Assembly: GCA_043228905.1 (NCBI GenBank)
Contig: JBHGNT010000018.1
Coordinates: 11,532,001 to 11,596,000 of the forward strand
Length of the DNA: 64,000 nt
Reading direction: 5' to 3'
Source: Azolla caroliniana
Taxonomy: Eukaryota; Plantae; Polypodiophyta
Shown here: positions 24,290-37,665 of the stretch, in pieces
Layout: each line of letters starts with the position of its first letter
Position numbering within the stretch: position 1 is the stretch's first letter
Notes under the pieces: generated by a model
The model's database searches: none
The model's input: only the letters and a program-made list of their open reading frames with translations
What the model was told of the DNA's origin: nothing
Translations under genes and position numbers: made by a program

Positions 24290-26622
24290 CGACGGTCAAG
24301 TACAACACCGACGGCTCGGTCAACCGATACAAGGCCCGGTTAGTGGCAAAAGGCTATGCGCAAAAACACGGCATCGACTACGATGAGACGTTTGCGCCGG
24401 TCACGAAGATGACGATCGTCCGTGTTTTGCTCGCGGTAGCTGCGGCAAAGTGGTGGCACTTACATCAGATGGATGTAAAGAATGCGTTCTTGCAAGGTGA
24501 GCTTGAGGAACAGGTGTACATGGTACAACCCCCCGGATTTCACTCCGGAACGAACACGTCGGCAGTGTGCCGATTGAAGAAGACCTTTACGGACTGAAGC
24601 AAGCCCCGCATGCCTGGAACGCAAAAATCACGCAGCAACTGCGTCGGATGGGCTTTGCAACATCAAAATCGGACTCTTCCCTGTTCATCCGGAAAGGTCG
24701 ACTCGGTCCGGTCAGTATTTTACTATATGTTGATGACTTGTTCATCATCGGTGCCGACCTAGAAGAAATTGACCGTGTGAAGCTCCAACTTGCGGCATCG
24801 TTTGACATGAAGGATCTGGGGGATCTTCATTACTTCCTCGGGATCGAAGTGATTCGTACCCCCAAAGTCATATTGATCAGCCAACGCCATTATGTGTTGA
24901 GTATGCTCTTCAAATTCGGGATGGCCGACTGTAAGCCCGTCTCGACTCCTCTAGATAGAACCGTCAAGCTTCGCCCCAATTCCGGACAGGTATGCGACCT
25001 GACAAGGTTCCAATAAATTGTCGAAAGCCTTATCTACTTGAAAATCACCCCACCCAATCTCAGTTATCCGCCCAGGGTGATCAGTCAGTTCATGGCACGA
25101 CCTACCGAGGAGCACCTTCAATGTGCGCAATGCATACTGTGGTACGTAAGCGGAACTAAGGACCGGGGACTGCTATATCGGACCAGTACAGTCTCGTAGT
25201 TGGTCGGCTACACTGATGCTGATTGGGCTGGCAATGCCGCCGATCGCCGATCCACGTCCGGATACGCGTTCTCTCTTGGGAGTGCCGCGATAGCGTGGAG
25301 CAGTAAGAAGCAGCCGACAATTGCACTGTCGAGCACTGAAGCTGAGTACCGAGGAGCGGTTGTCGCGACATGCGAAGCCATATGGTTGAAGCGGCTACTT
25401 AAGAACCTGCAAGAGGAGGTGTCCGATCTGACGATGATCGACTGTGACAACCTCAGCAACATCCAGCTCACGAAAAACCCCGTTTTCCACGCACAGACCA
25501 AGCACATTGAGGTGCACTACCATTTTATCCGTGAGCGTGTCCTTTCTGGTGAAGTCGAACTTCAGTATGTTCCGACGGATCGGCAAACTGCCGACATCTT
25601 CACCAAGCCCCTTGGTCTGGACAAGTTGCAGCAATTCTCAGGTGCGCTTGGGTTGCGTCACCTCGATGTGCCCAACTTGAGGGGGAGAACAGTCTCGAAA
25701 GACTGAGCAAGGGAGTAGGAAGGGAGCGGAAGAGGCCATGACACTGAGTCGGATGACGAATTCAACTTCGGATCGGCTGAAGAAGCCAAGGGCGGATCCG
25801 CGGAAGAGTCCAAAAGTGGACATAAGGGGAGGAACCGAAAGAAAGAGCCAAAGCCAACCAAGCATGGGGGAGATGACGCCGTCAAGGGCGAGAAAACCGA
25901 AGACGAGTTGGAGACAGCCAACTCGGACGAGGGCGAAAACCGATCTGAGGTAGCCGAGTCGGTTCAGATATTTGATTCGGATACACTGAATCAACTGAGG
26001 GCCAAGCGGAAAAGATGGCAGCAGGAGAAGCGCCAACACCACGACAGCAAGGGAGATGTCAAGGGCTGTGGGAGGAGACAAGCCGACCGGAAGGGTCGAA
26101 GCGCGCAGTGTCGAACAAGCCGAGGAGCGCGAGCGAGGCGTGGAGTGAGGAGGAACCAGAACGGTGACCCAGAAGATCCCAAAGAGCCTCAAGTTGAGCT
26201 TGCGGGAGAGCGTTGAGAGACAAGCTTAACATCGGCCGGATTGGCTGAGCAAGCCGAGGACGGGATCGGTTGGGACCGATCAGTTAGGCCAGATCGGTAC
26301 CGGTGCGTAGGAAGGCCGGATCGGTCTAGAAACAGTGAGGCCATCGGAAAGATATTCCGCAAGGAATACATTTGGGAGTTAGTGTAGGGTCTCCTTAATG
26401 AGCATTGAAGTACTGTCAGTACTTCTGTCAGTCCGAAACGGACTTGTATAAAAGTGTTCATTGAACACATACGATGTATAGATTGAGTATTATTTTGAAT
26501 ATAGTTCTGGTTTTTACTCTCTCAGTCTCTCCCACGCATACTCTGCAAACCTAAGCTTTCCATTAAACCTGTGTTTTCTGTTGTTCGGTTTCCTATATTG
26601 CTTCTGCACGCCATTCTTTTCA
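24290..26622 (+). mobile_element. Copia family B 3' half: RT, RNase H, C-terminal extension, PPT and 3' LTR (26211-26622)
   Basis: [25 protein letters not shown]; the LTR is homologous to 53824-54226. Confidence 0.93.
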
Positions 26623-28239
26623 GGTCGGCACATCCGATTTCTCGTGCGAAGAACGTGAAAGCCTTCCCATGTCTCTCAAGCTTATCGCGAAAGATTCGCT
26701 CCTCTTCAGCGAGAAGGAAACCCTCCTTTCCAACTCGTAGCTTCCCCTTCGTCTCTTTGGTGAAGACATGACCTATCATCTTCGGATCTCTTAAGCTTGG
26801 ATCGTTAGCGACTTCATTCATCTTTTGCCAGCTATCTTCTGGTAGCGGAACCGCAACTAGCTTGATCTTCTTATCCATTGTTTTATATTTCGTGTTGATT
26901 TCAGCTTCCTTCATCAAGATGCCACGACGGTATTCATCGATGATAGCCTACATGTTGACAGAGTTAACCGAAATCACGTAATCATCGTGACGATCGCTCA
27001 AATTCACGATTTCCTAGATTTCGCCGATGGTGTCGTTAAATGAGGCTTCTTCCATAATATGAGTCACAAACTCTCCTTCTTCTATTATATTTTCTTCTTT
27101 CAACATCTTCTCGAATTCTTGTATCCAACGTTTGTCCTTCTTGTTGGGTAGTACTAGTTTACATGCACCACTAGGTCTGACACATGTTGCTTCTCCTCGC
27201 AATCCACACACTCTTCTTTCTTGTGGGGTCTTGTGATTGCTCGGACTATTTGTGCCCCATGCTTCATTAGTCCGCTCTAAAAATCTGAGGATTCGCCTCC
27301 GACACTATCTCGATTCCTTTCATGATTGGCTTGTACCGTTAGGAATTGGACCAATCTTTGGTTGTCAAGACTCTTTATTCGTGTGAAGGCTGCTCCATTA
27401 TCGAACACTTTGGTCTCCATCCGAGATGAATTGATATACGGTTGTTCTAGGATGACAGGATGTGACGCCGATTCTTGCACGAAGAAGTGTTGATCCATCT
27501 CCACATCCCCGATCGTGACTTTGACATTGGGACAAGCTCCGTACAAGTCCTCCGTAGACTTTGTTGCCGTGCGAATCTTCCATCCATGGTTTGTATTGAT
27601 TGGCCATCTTCCTTTCTTGTAGAAGTCAGTTGACATGAAGTTGATCTCCGAGCTGTGGTCGATCAAGGATACCACGGTCTCTTTCTTCTCCCCGATCTTC
27701 ACCGGCGTCTCCGTTGTCGCTTGTGCCCAATGAGGTCGAGTATAGTGGTTGTCCACCATTTCTTCATCAACTTCATCCCTCGCCATCGTTATGGCATTTG
27801 TTTTTGCTTTTAGCGGCCTTTCTTCTTCCTCGTCCGATTGTTGTCTTTTTCTCTTTACAAGGTTCACGATCGTGTCATGGAACTCCAAGGGCAACTGCCC
27901 TTTATGCTATTTACAGAAATAGCCCGAACTTGACGGGATCGACTTGATGACACCGACTTGACGGGATCGACTACCACGGAGAAAGCAAGACCACCGAAAG
28001 TAGCTGAGCCACCAAGACAAAGTAACGTGGAAGAAAAGAAGATTGATGACGACATCATCGAAGAGCTAGCGAAGATGTTCGAGAAGGTCATGTTAGCCAA
28101 CATGAATCATCGGGGACCTAAAGGAAAAGAACCCTCTAGATGCGTGTGGTGCAATAGCATGGACCACATGAGAAGGGATTGCGCGAGCCTATGAGAGGCG
28201 ATCCGACAAAATATCGTATACATAGAGGACAACGTGATC
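26623..28239. mobile_element. Fragments of a Gypsy related to the Trp-primed element: protease/pre-RT on minus (26623-~27900), gag zinc knuckle on plus (~27900-28239)
   Basis: RPHWAQATTET...GRWPINTNHGW matches ORF 41838-42554; CVWCNSMDHMRRDC lies on the opposite strand. Confidence 0.85.
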
Positions 28240-31200
28240 TTACCTAAACCCTTTTACCGAGACGGGCGAGTGATCATAAATGATCGCACTACTAACTGAT
28301 GGCGTGTGGCCCATGTGACAGAAAATGCACTTAGGATGACCCTATGGAATTGTAATGGCGCACTCTGGGCACACCCCGGCCGCCTAGAGGAGATACTAAA
28401 GGTATCTGATATACTTTTCTTGGTAGAAACACATCAGAGCCCAAATAGAGGACTCCCACGGGTCGAAGGATTCCGTTGGGAGTCCGCTTTTAGACAAACC
28501 TCACGTCGACACACTACTAGGGGATCTAGAGGTGTCGCGATACTATTTCGTAGAGAGCTACATAATAGGATAGAAATAATGAAGATAGACCCAGAAGCTC
28601 GTTTTATGTGGGTGAAAGTCTCCACAAGCAAAGACCATGCAGTATTTTTCGCCATTTGTTACTTTCCCCCAAAAGGATCCCGTTATAATATTAGTGGCTT
28701 GACGAGATTAGTCGATGAAGGAATGCCACATGGGCCTTCTCCATACGAACCCCTATCGGATGACATAATCCGATATTCTTCCCAAGGAGAAGTATTTCTT
28801 GTAGGAGACTTCAATGCGAGAACCCAATCCCGACAATGCACAGTATTTCAGATGAATAGAAACCTAGAAATGGTAAATGTTGATCCTCTAGACATAGGCA
28901 CCACACGTAGATCAAAGGATCAAGGTGCGGACGCCACAAGCTTTGGCCATCATCTGCTCGAACTTGGCAGTCGGCACCAGATGGTCATATATAATGGTTT
29001 AGCTAAGTGGCCGGGCTCGGAAGAGCTCACATGTTTCCCACATGGAGGAGGGGAAACCACAGTTGACTATCTAATAGGGCGCCCGGAAACTACCCACATG
29101 ATTAACTCCTTCTGAGTGGCCCCATGCCCTATTGGCGCAGACCATAGTTTCTTATACTTCGAGCTAAAATGTGATATCTCTAAGGTCACCAAGTCTAGTC
29201 AACCATGCCATCACACCACAATACATTTCACACATGAGCTCTCTGACATATACTCTCAACATGTTCAGGCCCATCTCCCCTCCATTGATCCCTCCCTACC
29301 GTTAGAAAGCCTTAGTACAAAACTCACACACATCCTTCACTCCGTAGCAGCTAGCAGTTTCCCATATACAAAACACTCAAATCAAGGTAGATCAGGATCA
29401 ATGCCACAAAATAAATGGTATGACGAGGATTGTAGGGACCTACATAGACAACTTACAGTATCGCAACTCAATGGTAGTATTCCCTCCATACAAGCTCGCA
29501 AAGAAATGCGTAAGATGACACGTCGTAAGAGACGAGCATGGGAGGCATCCCAATACTAGGAACTCTACCATATGCTCATGAGTAGCGATTGTGCCACGGC
29601 ATGGAAGAGACTACGAGAGCCAAGACCACAAACACCCATCGAAGATCCCGAAACTTGGCACACATATACAAAGAGACTTTACCAAATCCCAAACCAACCA
29701 CCTTTTCCAATGCCTCCCACACCCCGGCCTACCACGGGGACACTTTTCACGACCTCTAGGGTCATGAAGGTCATAAAGAAATTACAACATAGGAAGTCCA
29801 TGGACCACACAGGATTGCGAGCAGAACACATTATATATGCGAGAGAGTGCCTAGCTCCCTTGCTAACTCTAATCTTCAATCGTGCCCTTGCGGAGGAGGG
29901 TTTTCCACCACAGTGGACTATGAATACAGTGGCCCCCATACATAAAGGGGGGGACCCCATGGACCCAAATACATATAGGACCATTATGATAGGCCATACC
30001 CTTGCTAAGTTATATGGTGCAGTAATGGAAGCAGAGCTTAGCGACTACATGGAGACCCTAAACCTTCGTGCACCTGAACAAGCTGGCTTTAGACGAGCCT
30101 TCTCCACTATTGATCACATCTTCACACTTAGATGCCTAATTGACCAAACTAAGGCTCACAAGAACAGATTATATTGTTGTTTTGTGGACTTCCGCAAAGC
30201 CTTTGACACAGTCCCTAGAGATCGGTTGTTTGATAGACTTAAAAGCTTGAGGATACCAGATGATATGGTATGGGCCATCTACGCACTATATGAACAAGTG
30301 TCCGGGTGTGTCCGATGCCCAGGTGGCCTATCCAATCGTTTCACTAGCACTATTGGTGTAAAACAAGGTTGCCCCCTATCACCGACGCTTTTTGGGATCT
30401 ACATTGATGAGATCACAGATTTTATTGCTCGTGAGGGAGGCACCGGAGTGGTCCTTGGGGATACGTAGGTTCGTATCTTGCTCTATGCGGATGACATAGT
30501 TTTGCTCTCTGAATCCGAACACGACCTACAGAGGCACCTTAATGCCTTAGATGACTTTTGTGTACAACGAGGATTGGTAGTGAATCTAGGGAAAACGAAA
30601 GTCCTTATCTTCCACACATCGGCCCAAGTTAGAGCTAAGTGTCACCTAACTATCTCCCATAGCCCAGTCGAGGTGGTTGGATCGTACGTCTATCTCGGAG
30701 TCACTTTTAGTGCCCGCTCAGGTAAATTTTCGATGACACAGGCAGCGAAGGATAGACTCACGAGAGGACATGCATCCCTCTCACTCCTAGAGAGACAATG
30801 CCACCAAGCACACTTTCAAGAGCCACGGATCCTATTCCTTCCTGTTGAGCACTCCTTTTTCTTGAAGAAGTGGAAAGAGAGGTTGTCCCCCCATTGTAGG
30901 AGCGAAGAAAGCTAGTAATTTTCACACACGAAGGAAAGTCCTAGTAGATCACTACAATGTCGTAGTGACATCTTTGTGTGGGTTTGTAATCGATAAAGTG
31001 TACGGTAATTTCGATTACTTTAAACAAGCCATAAATCTTAAGATGAAACAGTGCTGCTTTCAAATTACATGTAGCGACGACAGAGCCGCTGGAGAGGAGA
31101 GGAGAGGAGAGGAGAGGAGAGGAGAAAACTATGCGTTGACATAAATTAGAAATCACTATTAAAATATTTTCGTGGTCTTATCTACCACTTAGGGATCCTT

Positions 31201-33032
31201 CAGGTCGGCCGGAGTTCACTATACTCCGGTCACCTATTATTTTCTTTCGAGAACCAGTCCAAGCAACCTAGATATGTTTGCTATTAATTGCTGTAGTTTA
31301 TTTGATCTTCAATTTTGTTGGTTGTTGGGCATAAGTACAATACCCACGCCGAAAGTTCACGCTAACTTGCGTCCTGGACATATCGTCACGTGCTGAGATA
31401 TTAAAAGAAGAGTCGGATATTGAATCATTCGGCCCTTTCTTGTGCAATCTGTCGTCTTGGCAGGATGGAGGCCTTGGACCTAGTATTTGAAAGTTTAAGG
31501 CTGTTTATTCTGTCTTTTCAGACATCATTAGGGCACTGGAAAGGGTAGTACTTGATATACGCCAGATACCGATGGTTACTGGTTCCAGTCCTCGGCTGTT
31601 CCAGACTTCGGGGCCTAATGCCTAAACGGACTAAAGGGTGGCTCTTTGACTCATTAGTGATCCCCTCCCTCATGTATGCATCAGCGGTTTGGGCTCTAGG
31701 ATTACCATCCTTCATGTGGACGCAATTAGAGAGACCATTGGTGATGATGCTATCACGCCAACTCCGAAGCAAATCGACTGTACCACATGACATTATTAGG
31801 GCCGAGTTCACGTTACCCCCAATGCTAGTAGAGGCACTTTTTCAACTTGTAGTCTTTATTGATAGGATACATAGCCAACCACATGATAGAATATCTCATC
31901 AAGCCTTTAAGGCCTCTCGATCATTGTATGAGTCCGGCTATACTAGCTCATGGTATGGCATGATGGTGACTTGGCTTCTCGCGAATGGTCTAGACATTAA
32001 TAACCTACCTCCCCTTAGGTACAACCACACGAGTGATAACACCTTAATCTCTCATGAGAACCGCAATAAAGTAATACGCCAAGAAATATGGCAAATTTAC
32101 ACTCGGTGTAAATGGATCACCCCACTAGAGACACTCCCATCTAAAATGTCGTACTAGCACTTCTCTGAGTTAGGTTTTATCACACGGCCAAAATATCTAG
32201 ATGTATTCTTACCACATGCACTAAGGGTTGCCATTGGACAACTTAGAATATCATCTCACCAACTTGAGATTGAAAATGGCCGTACTAGTGGAGTCCCTAG
32301 GGAGGAAAGGATATGTAGGTTATGTCACATAGAGATAGAGGATGAGTACCACTTTACATGCAAGTGTCCAACCTATGCCGAGATAAGGGCAAAATACCAA
32401 GACATACTTGGTCCGTCTCCCACCCTCCCCAAACTATTAGATACTCTAGATATAAAGAAATTAGGCAAATACATTCTAGAGCTAAAACAACACAGAGAGA
32501 ATAAATTACAAAATGTTGACAATAATGTTGCTAATGATCACGAACATGTAACAAATGCAGTTTTTCAGGAACCTGAGGAGACAACGAATGCCGACACACT
32601 TGCACCACTCGGCCTTTCCATTGATGAGGCAGAAAACCAGAGAAGAACCATACGTCCTCGGGTGTCGGGTTTCAAAGCAACTCAACGGGATGTGGAAGCA
32701 ATATTGAAAATAAGGGAACGTGAGCTACACCGCCTAGAAGCCATGGCTAGGGCACTCTCTACATTGGAACCCACATCAAGACCCTTTGACCCCCCACTTC
32801 TTTTCGAGAGGCTTGGGTGGAAATAAAATTAGGCTTAGTGTATAGTCACTTTCGAGTATACTACATATTGTACACTACTAGAACTCTTTTAGTTTAAGTT
32901 CTATTTTTTTTTACTTAATTTTATTTTAGTTATGATGACTGGATAAATACTCTATTGTTGTAAACCAATTGTCTCATGGGCCAAAATTGGCCTTAGAAGA
33001 CGTGAATACATCTTTCTTTCTTTCTTTCTTTC
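28240..33032 (+). mobile_element. LINE, RTE-X-like, 5'-truncated and decayed
   Basis: AP endonuclease (WNCNG, LVETH, VGDFNAR, VDY), RT (EQAGFR, VDFRKAFD, GVKQGCPLSP, YADD), LRISSHQLEIENGR...CRLC...EDEYHFTCKC finger, 3' hairpin ggccaaaattggcc and (TTTC)n tail at 33011-33032. Confidence 0.9.
30830..31625. mobile_element. Unclassified 796-bp non-coding insertion with a 5-bp TSD
   Basis: ACGGA at 30825-30829 and 31626-31630; removal restores LINE QEPRTKGWLFD. Confidence 0.85.
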
Positions 33033-33795
33033 TCTCTCCCTCTGTGTCTATCTTGCTTGCGCATACACAGGTTCTTCTTCATCACGAATGCTGCTTGCAA
33101 TTTCTCACTGACGGCCTTGTCCCCAACATTTGGTATCAGAGCGTTGGAGGTTCTTCAACCCGTTGCCGGTCGTTATCGCACAACATTCTGTTTTTCGTTT
33201 TCTTTGAAGAATAGAGAAGGGAGAAGAAAAACAAAAAGCTTGCATCTCACTGTGTTAAATCACAAATTGGAGTAAGCTAGTCGGTTATACTCTGTTCCTG
33301 CAATTGTAACCGCCTAAGGGGAGCTCCTTGACAAACAACCAACCACTTCGTGCTTCACTCGGCTGATCGACAATTGGAAGGATCAGTCGGATCCGTCCCT
33401 CTCATCGCTGCAGTCATCCGAAGCTCGGCCCAAACAATCGGTTTCGTGTAATCGGTGTTCCGCATACAATCGGAAGCTAACCGGGCTCACTCCAACTCGG
33501 CAACATTCGGGAAGACCAGCCGGTTCTATCCCTCAAGTTACCGGAGTCACTCCGAACAAGTATTCGAAACCAAATCGACTCGGGTTCAAAACCGACTAGA
33601 ACGATATCGGGTGAGCCAACCGGCTGCACCCCTCTAAGATTCGTAGTCAACTCCGAACCGAGCATTACCAACCGAAACCGAAGCGGATGGCATCAACATC
33701 TGGCTCATCGGAGATGAGTCTAAGGAGGTTCGACGGCTCAAACTTCAACTTCTGGAAGGAAAAAATGCAGGACTATCTCATAGTCAAGAATCAAA
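33033..33795 (+). mobile_element. Copia family C 5' remnant: LTR end (33128), Met PBS (33131-33142), leader, gag start (33687)
   Basis: ...ccaaca-tt-TGGTATCAGAGC; FDGSNFNFWKEKMQDYL. Confidence 0.85.
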
Positions 33796-35806
33796 TGTTG
33801 GGAGACAGGTCCCTCCGGATGGGAAGAGAGAAGAAGAGTGCCAATGAACAAACTAGGCCGAGGCCGGAACCGGATGAGGAGTACCCGGCTACGGAGAGCC
33901 GGATGACGCAGACCCGGTGAGAACCGGATGAGGAGTACCCGGATATGAAGAGACGGATGACGCAGACGCGGTGAGAACCGGATGAGGAGTACCCGGCTAC
34001 GGAGAGCCGGATGGTGCAGACCCGGTGAGAACCGGATGAGGAGTGCCCGGCTACGGAGAGCCGGATGGTGCAGACCTGGTGAAAACCGGATGAAGAGACA
34101 TATTCGTAAATATGTTTCTGAGAGTCCATCGAGGCTATATTTGTAAATAGCCAAAAAGTCATATTAGTATAAATATGACTTAGGGCAAACTTATAGTAAT
34201 GGTAGTTGTTGTTGTTGTCAATTTTTCTTGTTGGTGCAAGAAGAAGAGAGAGCACGTAACAGTGTATAGAGAGAGAGAGAGAGAGAAAGAGGTTGTTGCC
34301 TCTGTTGTAAATGCCGCCTGTGGCGAAGATCGTGAGCACGAGGTCGTTGCCTCCGTGAACTCACTGTTTTGTACATTCCAACATAGTGATAGTTTGCAGC
34401 CTGTGGGCTGTCGTGGTTTTTCCCTTAGTTTGGTTTTCCACGTAAACATCCTGTGTACCTTTTCTCTCCTTTGTGTCGTGCTTTTCCGTTTCCTGTTTTT
34501 CTGTGTATGATTCTAAGCTCGGTTGTGGCCGAGCGTTGTGCATAAGGAGCCTTGAGTTCCTAACAAGTGGTATCAGAGCGAAACGACACAGAAAATGGAC
34601 GAATCGTTTGGCGGCATGTTCAAGCTCACCGGCTCCAACTATTCAGTGTGGAAGTCGAAGATGGGGGACATGCTCGTGGTTAAAGACCTCTGGCTGCCAG
34701 TTCAGTTCGGGGACAAGAGACCGGACAAAATCGACGCCGCAATATGGGAGGTGATGCACATGAAGACAACAACGTACATACGGTGCTTCATCGACATGAG
34801 CCTGTACAACAACTTCAATGAAGAGAGCAAGGCTCATGAGCTCTGGGAGAAGATCGGCATAATGTTTCAAAACAAAAATGTTGTTTATCAGGTTTCGGTA
34901 TTCCGGAAGCTAGTAAGACTCCGGTACCAAGATGGCTCCAGCATGGCGGAGCACATGAATGCCTTCCAGGGGCTGATCCACCAAGCAACATCATTGGAAG
35001 TACCTCTCGTCGATGAGATACTAGCGCTACTCCTGCTCGGTTCCGTCCCGGATAGCTAGGAGACATTGGTTGTCACTTTGGGCAACGCCGGGCCGGAAGG
35101 AAAACGGTTATCCCTAGCAAGAGTGAAGTCGAGCTTGCTAGATGAGGAGGCGCGTCGGAAAGATAAAGATACGAGCTCCGACTCCAAAGCGCTCCTTACC
35201 GAATCAGAACGCGGAAGACAAAGAAACTGTAGTCCCCAGAACCGGGAGAAGTCGGGGACACGGTCAAAGTCAAGGGGGAGGCCTACTTGCTTCTATTGCG
35301 GCAAGCTGGGTCACTTCCAAAAGAACTATCGGCATTTCCGAAAACACAAGGAAACCGACGGTACCGATTCGAAGCGGACCCCGGACCGGAATGGTAAAGA
35401 CCGGAGGGGGCCGGACCGGAAGGGAACGACGGCAATCACGGCAAGTGAAGAAGAGTTGATGCTCATAACCGAGGAGAGTGAGATAAACCTTGCCGGCGAC
35501 AAGATGACCTGGGTGGTAGAATCCGGAGCATCGTTCCACCTTACCCCGGACCGGAAATGCTTCTCATCCTACTCAACCGGTGATCACGGCTGTGTCCGGA
35601 TGGGGAATGAAGGTACATGCCGAATTGTCGGCATAGGAGACGTGTGGCTGTCGACACCAACCGGATGCAAGTTGCTTCTGAGGGATGTCCGACACGTTCC
35701 GGAGGTTCGACTGAACCTGATATCAGCCGGTCGGCTAGATGATGAGGGCTACACGGGTAGCATCCGGAACGGTGTCATGAAGTTTAGCAAAGGGAGCCTG
35801 ATTGTA
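33796..35806 (+). mobile_element. Copia related to family A: 5' LTR 33796-34565, PBS 34568-34579, gag-protease; truncated
   Basis: TG...CA LTR, TGGTATCAGAGC, LTGSNYSVWK, CFYCGKLGH, WVVESGASFH. Confidence 0.92.
33867..34097 (+). repeat. 54-bp tandem repeat, about 4.3 copies, in U3
   Basis: (g)aaccggatga anchor at 33867, 33921, 33975, 34029, 34083. Confidence 0.95.
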
Positions 35807-37020
35807 TCAAGGAACTTCGTAACGTTCCTTCCATCAAATTGACCCTCGAGCTCTACGACACGGTCGATGGCCTTCTCCACGCTTGCATCGTTGTCTCGAG
35901 ATCTCATCATTTGTTCAACGATTAGCATCATCCTTTCGAGCTCACCCGCTTGGTTACTTGAGGACGCCATCTCCAAGTATTAATCTCGGCTTAATTCTTC
36001 GTACCGCCTCTTTCACGTCGGGTTCACCACTTAATTATGTCGTGAAGATCCGTCACTAGGCGCGGATCGTGAGGCGGAACCATCGGGGTTCTGGACCGGA
36101 AGGATTCGAAGTTGGTACAAGCTTTAGTGAGGAAGTATTTAAGATAGATTAGGAAAGAGTGAAATTTAGATTAAACGCTTGACTTTAGATTGAGAGCGAT
36201 TGATTGAACTTTTATCTTTAGATTTAAGAAACAAGTTACACGATCAATTCGATAACGAATTTTCTTCTTCTTAATTTCATAACCAAAAGAGCCTAACCCT
36301 TCTTCTTTTTTCATCCCTTCTTTTATAGATGCTCTCATGCATATGATAAATGTGTGGGTACACGACATGCATAAAATGCATGTTTGCCATTTGGCACTCA
36401 TGTATTACATGTGGTGCATGATAACCATGTCACTCATTTTAGCTCTCATGTATGATAATTTACATGTAAAAGTACAATGATAGAAATATAAATTCAACTA
36501 AATGTCATGGCTTAGTGGTAAGCCTATTGACTCTTAACTAGGAGGTGCAAGGTTCGAATCCTCACTTGCCCTCCTTAATTTGGTCGCCGGATCACTGGCT
36601 CCGCCGTCGGATCGCCAGTTACCGTCCAGTTCTGTTTCGGTTGGCCAAAACCTTTACAAGTGGCTAGGCCACCTCCACTCTTAGTTCAAGTTACCTTGAC
36701 CTCTCTATGCTCCACACATAAACACAAAGATAATAACTTTTGCTCTACCTTATATATGGTGAGAGCCTTATTCGTCCTGCCTATGTGGGATATCTCACAA
36801 TTTTCTCTTTTTCTTTCGCAACTTCTTACCCACATAAGTTGACACTTAGATGTCCGTTTCTTATGTATTAAAGTGCATCTCTTCAAGATCTTCGTCTTTT
36901 GTACTAAGAAATTAAACTTACTTAGAATTAGTATATTCACTATTATTGTTTTATATGATTGAAACTTGATTTCGTACGTCTTATGTGATTTTCACACCAT
37001 TGCCGAAAATCTTCACGACA
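35804..37020 (-). mobile_element. Trp-primed Gypsy 5' remnant: 983-bp LTR (36038-37020), PBS (36012-36029), gag start
   Basis: 12-bp terminal inverted repeat TGTCGTGAAGAT; PBS complementary to the plant tRNA-Trp 3' end (TTCACGTCGGGTTCACCA); gag QFDGRNVTKFL resembles 43494-43745. Confidence 0.9.
36501..36572 (+). promoter_or_regulatory. tRNA-like Pol III module inside the LTR
   Basis: TGGCTTAGTGGTAAGCC (D arm), CTCTTAA (Lys-CTT-like loop), AGGTTCGAATCCT (T arm/B box). Confidence 0.75.
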
Positions 37021-37665
37021 ACGTTCAACTTGTCGGGTGTCAGCACCTTGGTCAGCATATCCGACTGTTCTCCTCCATGTGGATCTTCGTCAGCACAAAC
37101 TCTCGATCTTCTACTCGCTCCCGGATCGAGTGGTATTTGTGCTAGATGTGCTTCGTCTGGGAATGGTAGGCCGTGTTCATTGCAAGGTGGATGACACTCT
37201 AACTGTCGCAGTAGAGTTGGTATTCCTCTTGCCAGATCCCTAGCTCTCCGAAAGTCCTTCATCCATAATATTTCCTTGCCGGCTTCCACAACTGCCATGT
37301 ACTCCTCTTTCGTGGTTGACGACGCAACTGTCTTTTGCAGCCTCGACTGCCACGAAACGGCTTCCCCTACATAAGTCATTACATATCCAAATGTAAATCG
37401 GCCGATGTCCACATCAACACAGATATCCGAATCGGTAAATCCTTCCATGAAGGGTTTACCGGACCCGAATCCTAGAGTATCCATTTCACTGCGTTACAGT
37501 GCTCTCTGCCGAGATTGCTCATGAAACGGCTCACCACTCCTACTGTGTATCCGATATCTAGTCATGTACACACCATTGCGTACATTAAGCTCCCTACAGT
37601 AGAGGCATATGGAATCTTCAATATATCCGCCTTCTTTTCCTTCATCTTCGGGCTTTGCTTATCGG
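37021..37665 (-). mobile_element. Copia A-like RT-end/RNase H fragment
   Basis: GFTDSD, VSWQSRLQKTVA, SDMLTKVLTPDKL. Confidence 0.9.

Noticed and set aside
31495-31540. Hammerhead-like core on the minus strand (ctaatga-stem-gaat)
   Set aside because: Two invariant core positions differ and stems I and III cannot be formed.
30830-31625. Helitron (TC...CTRR ends)
   Set aside because: It has a 5-bp TSD, is not inserted between A and T, and has no convincing 3' hairpin.
36501-36572. Functional tRNA genes at the tRNA-like modules
   Set aside because: No acceptor-stem pairing and weak anticodon stems; all lie within LTRs.
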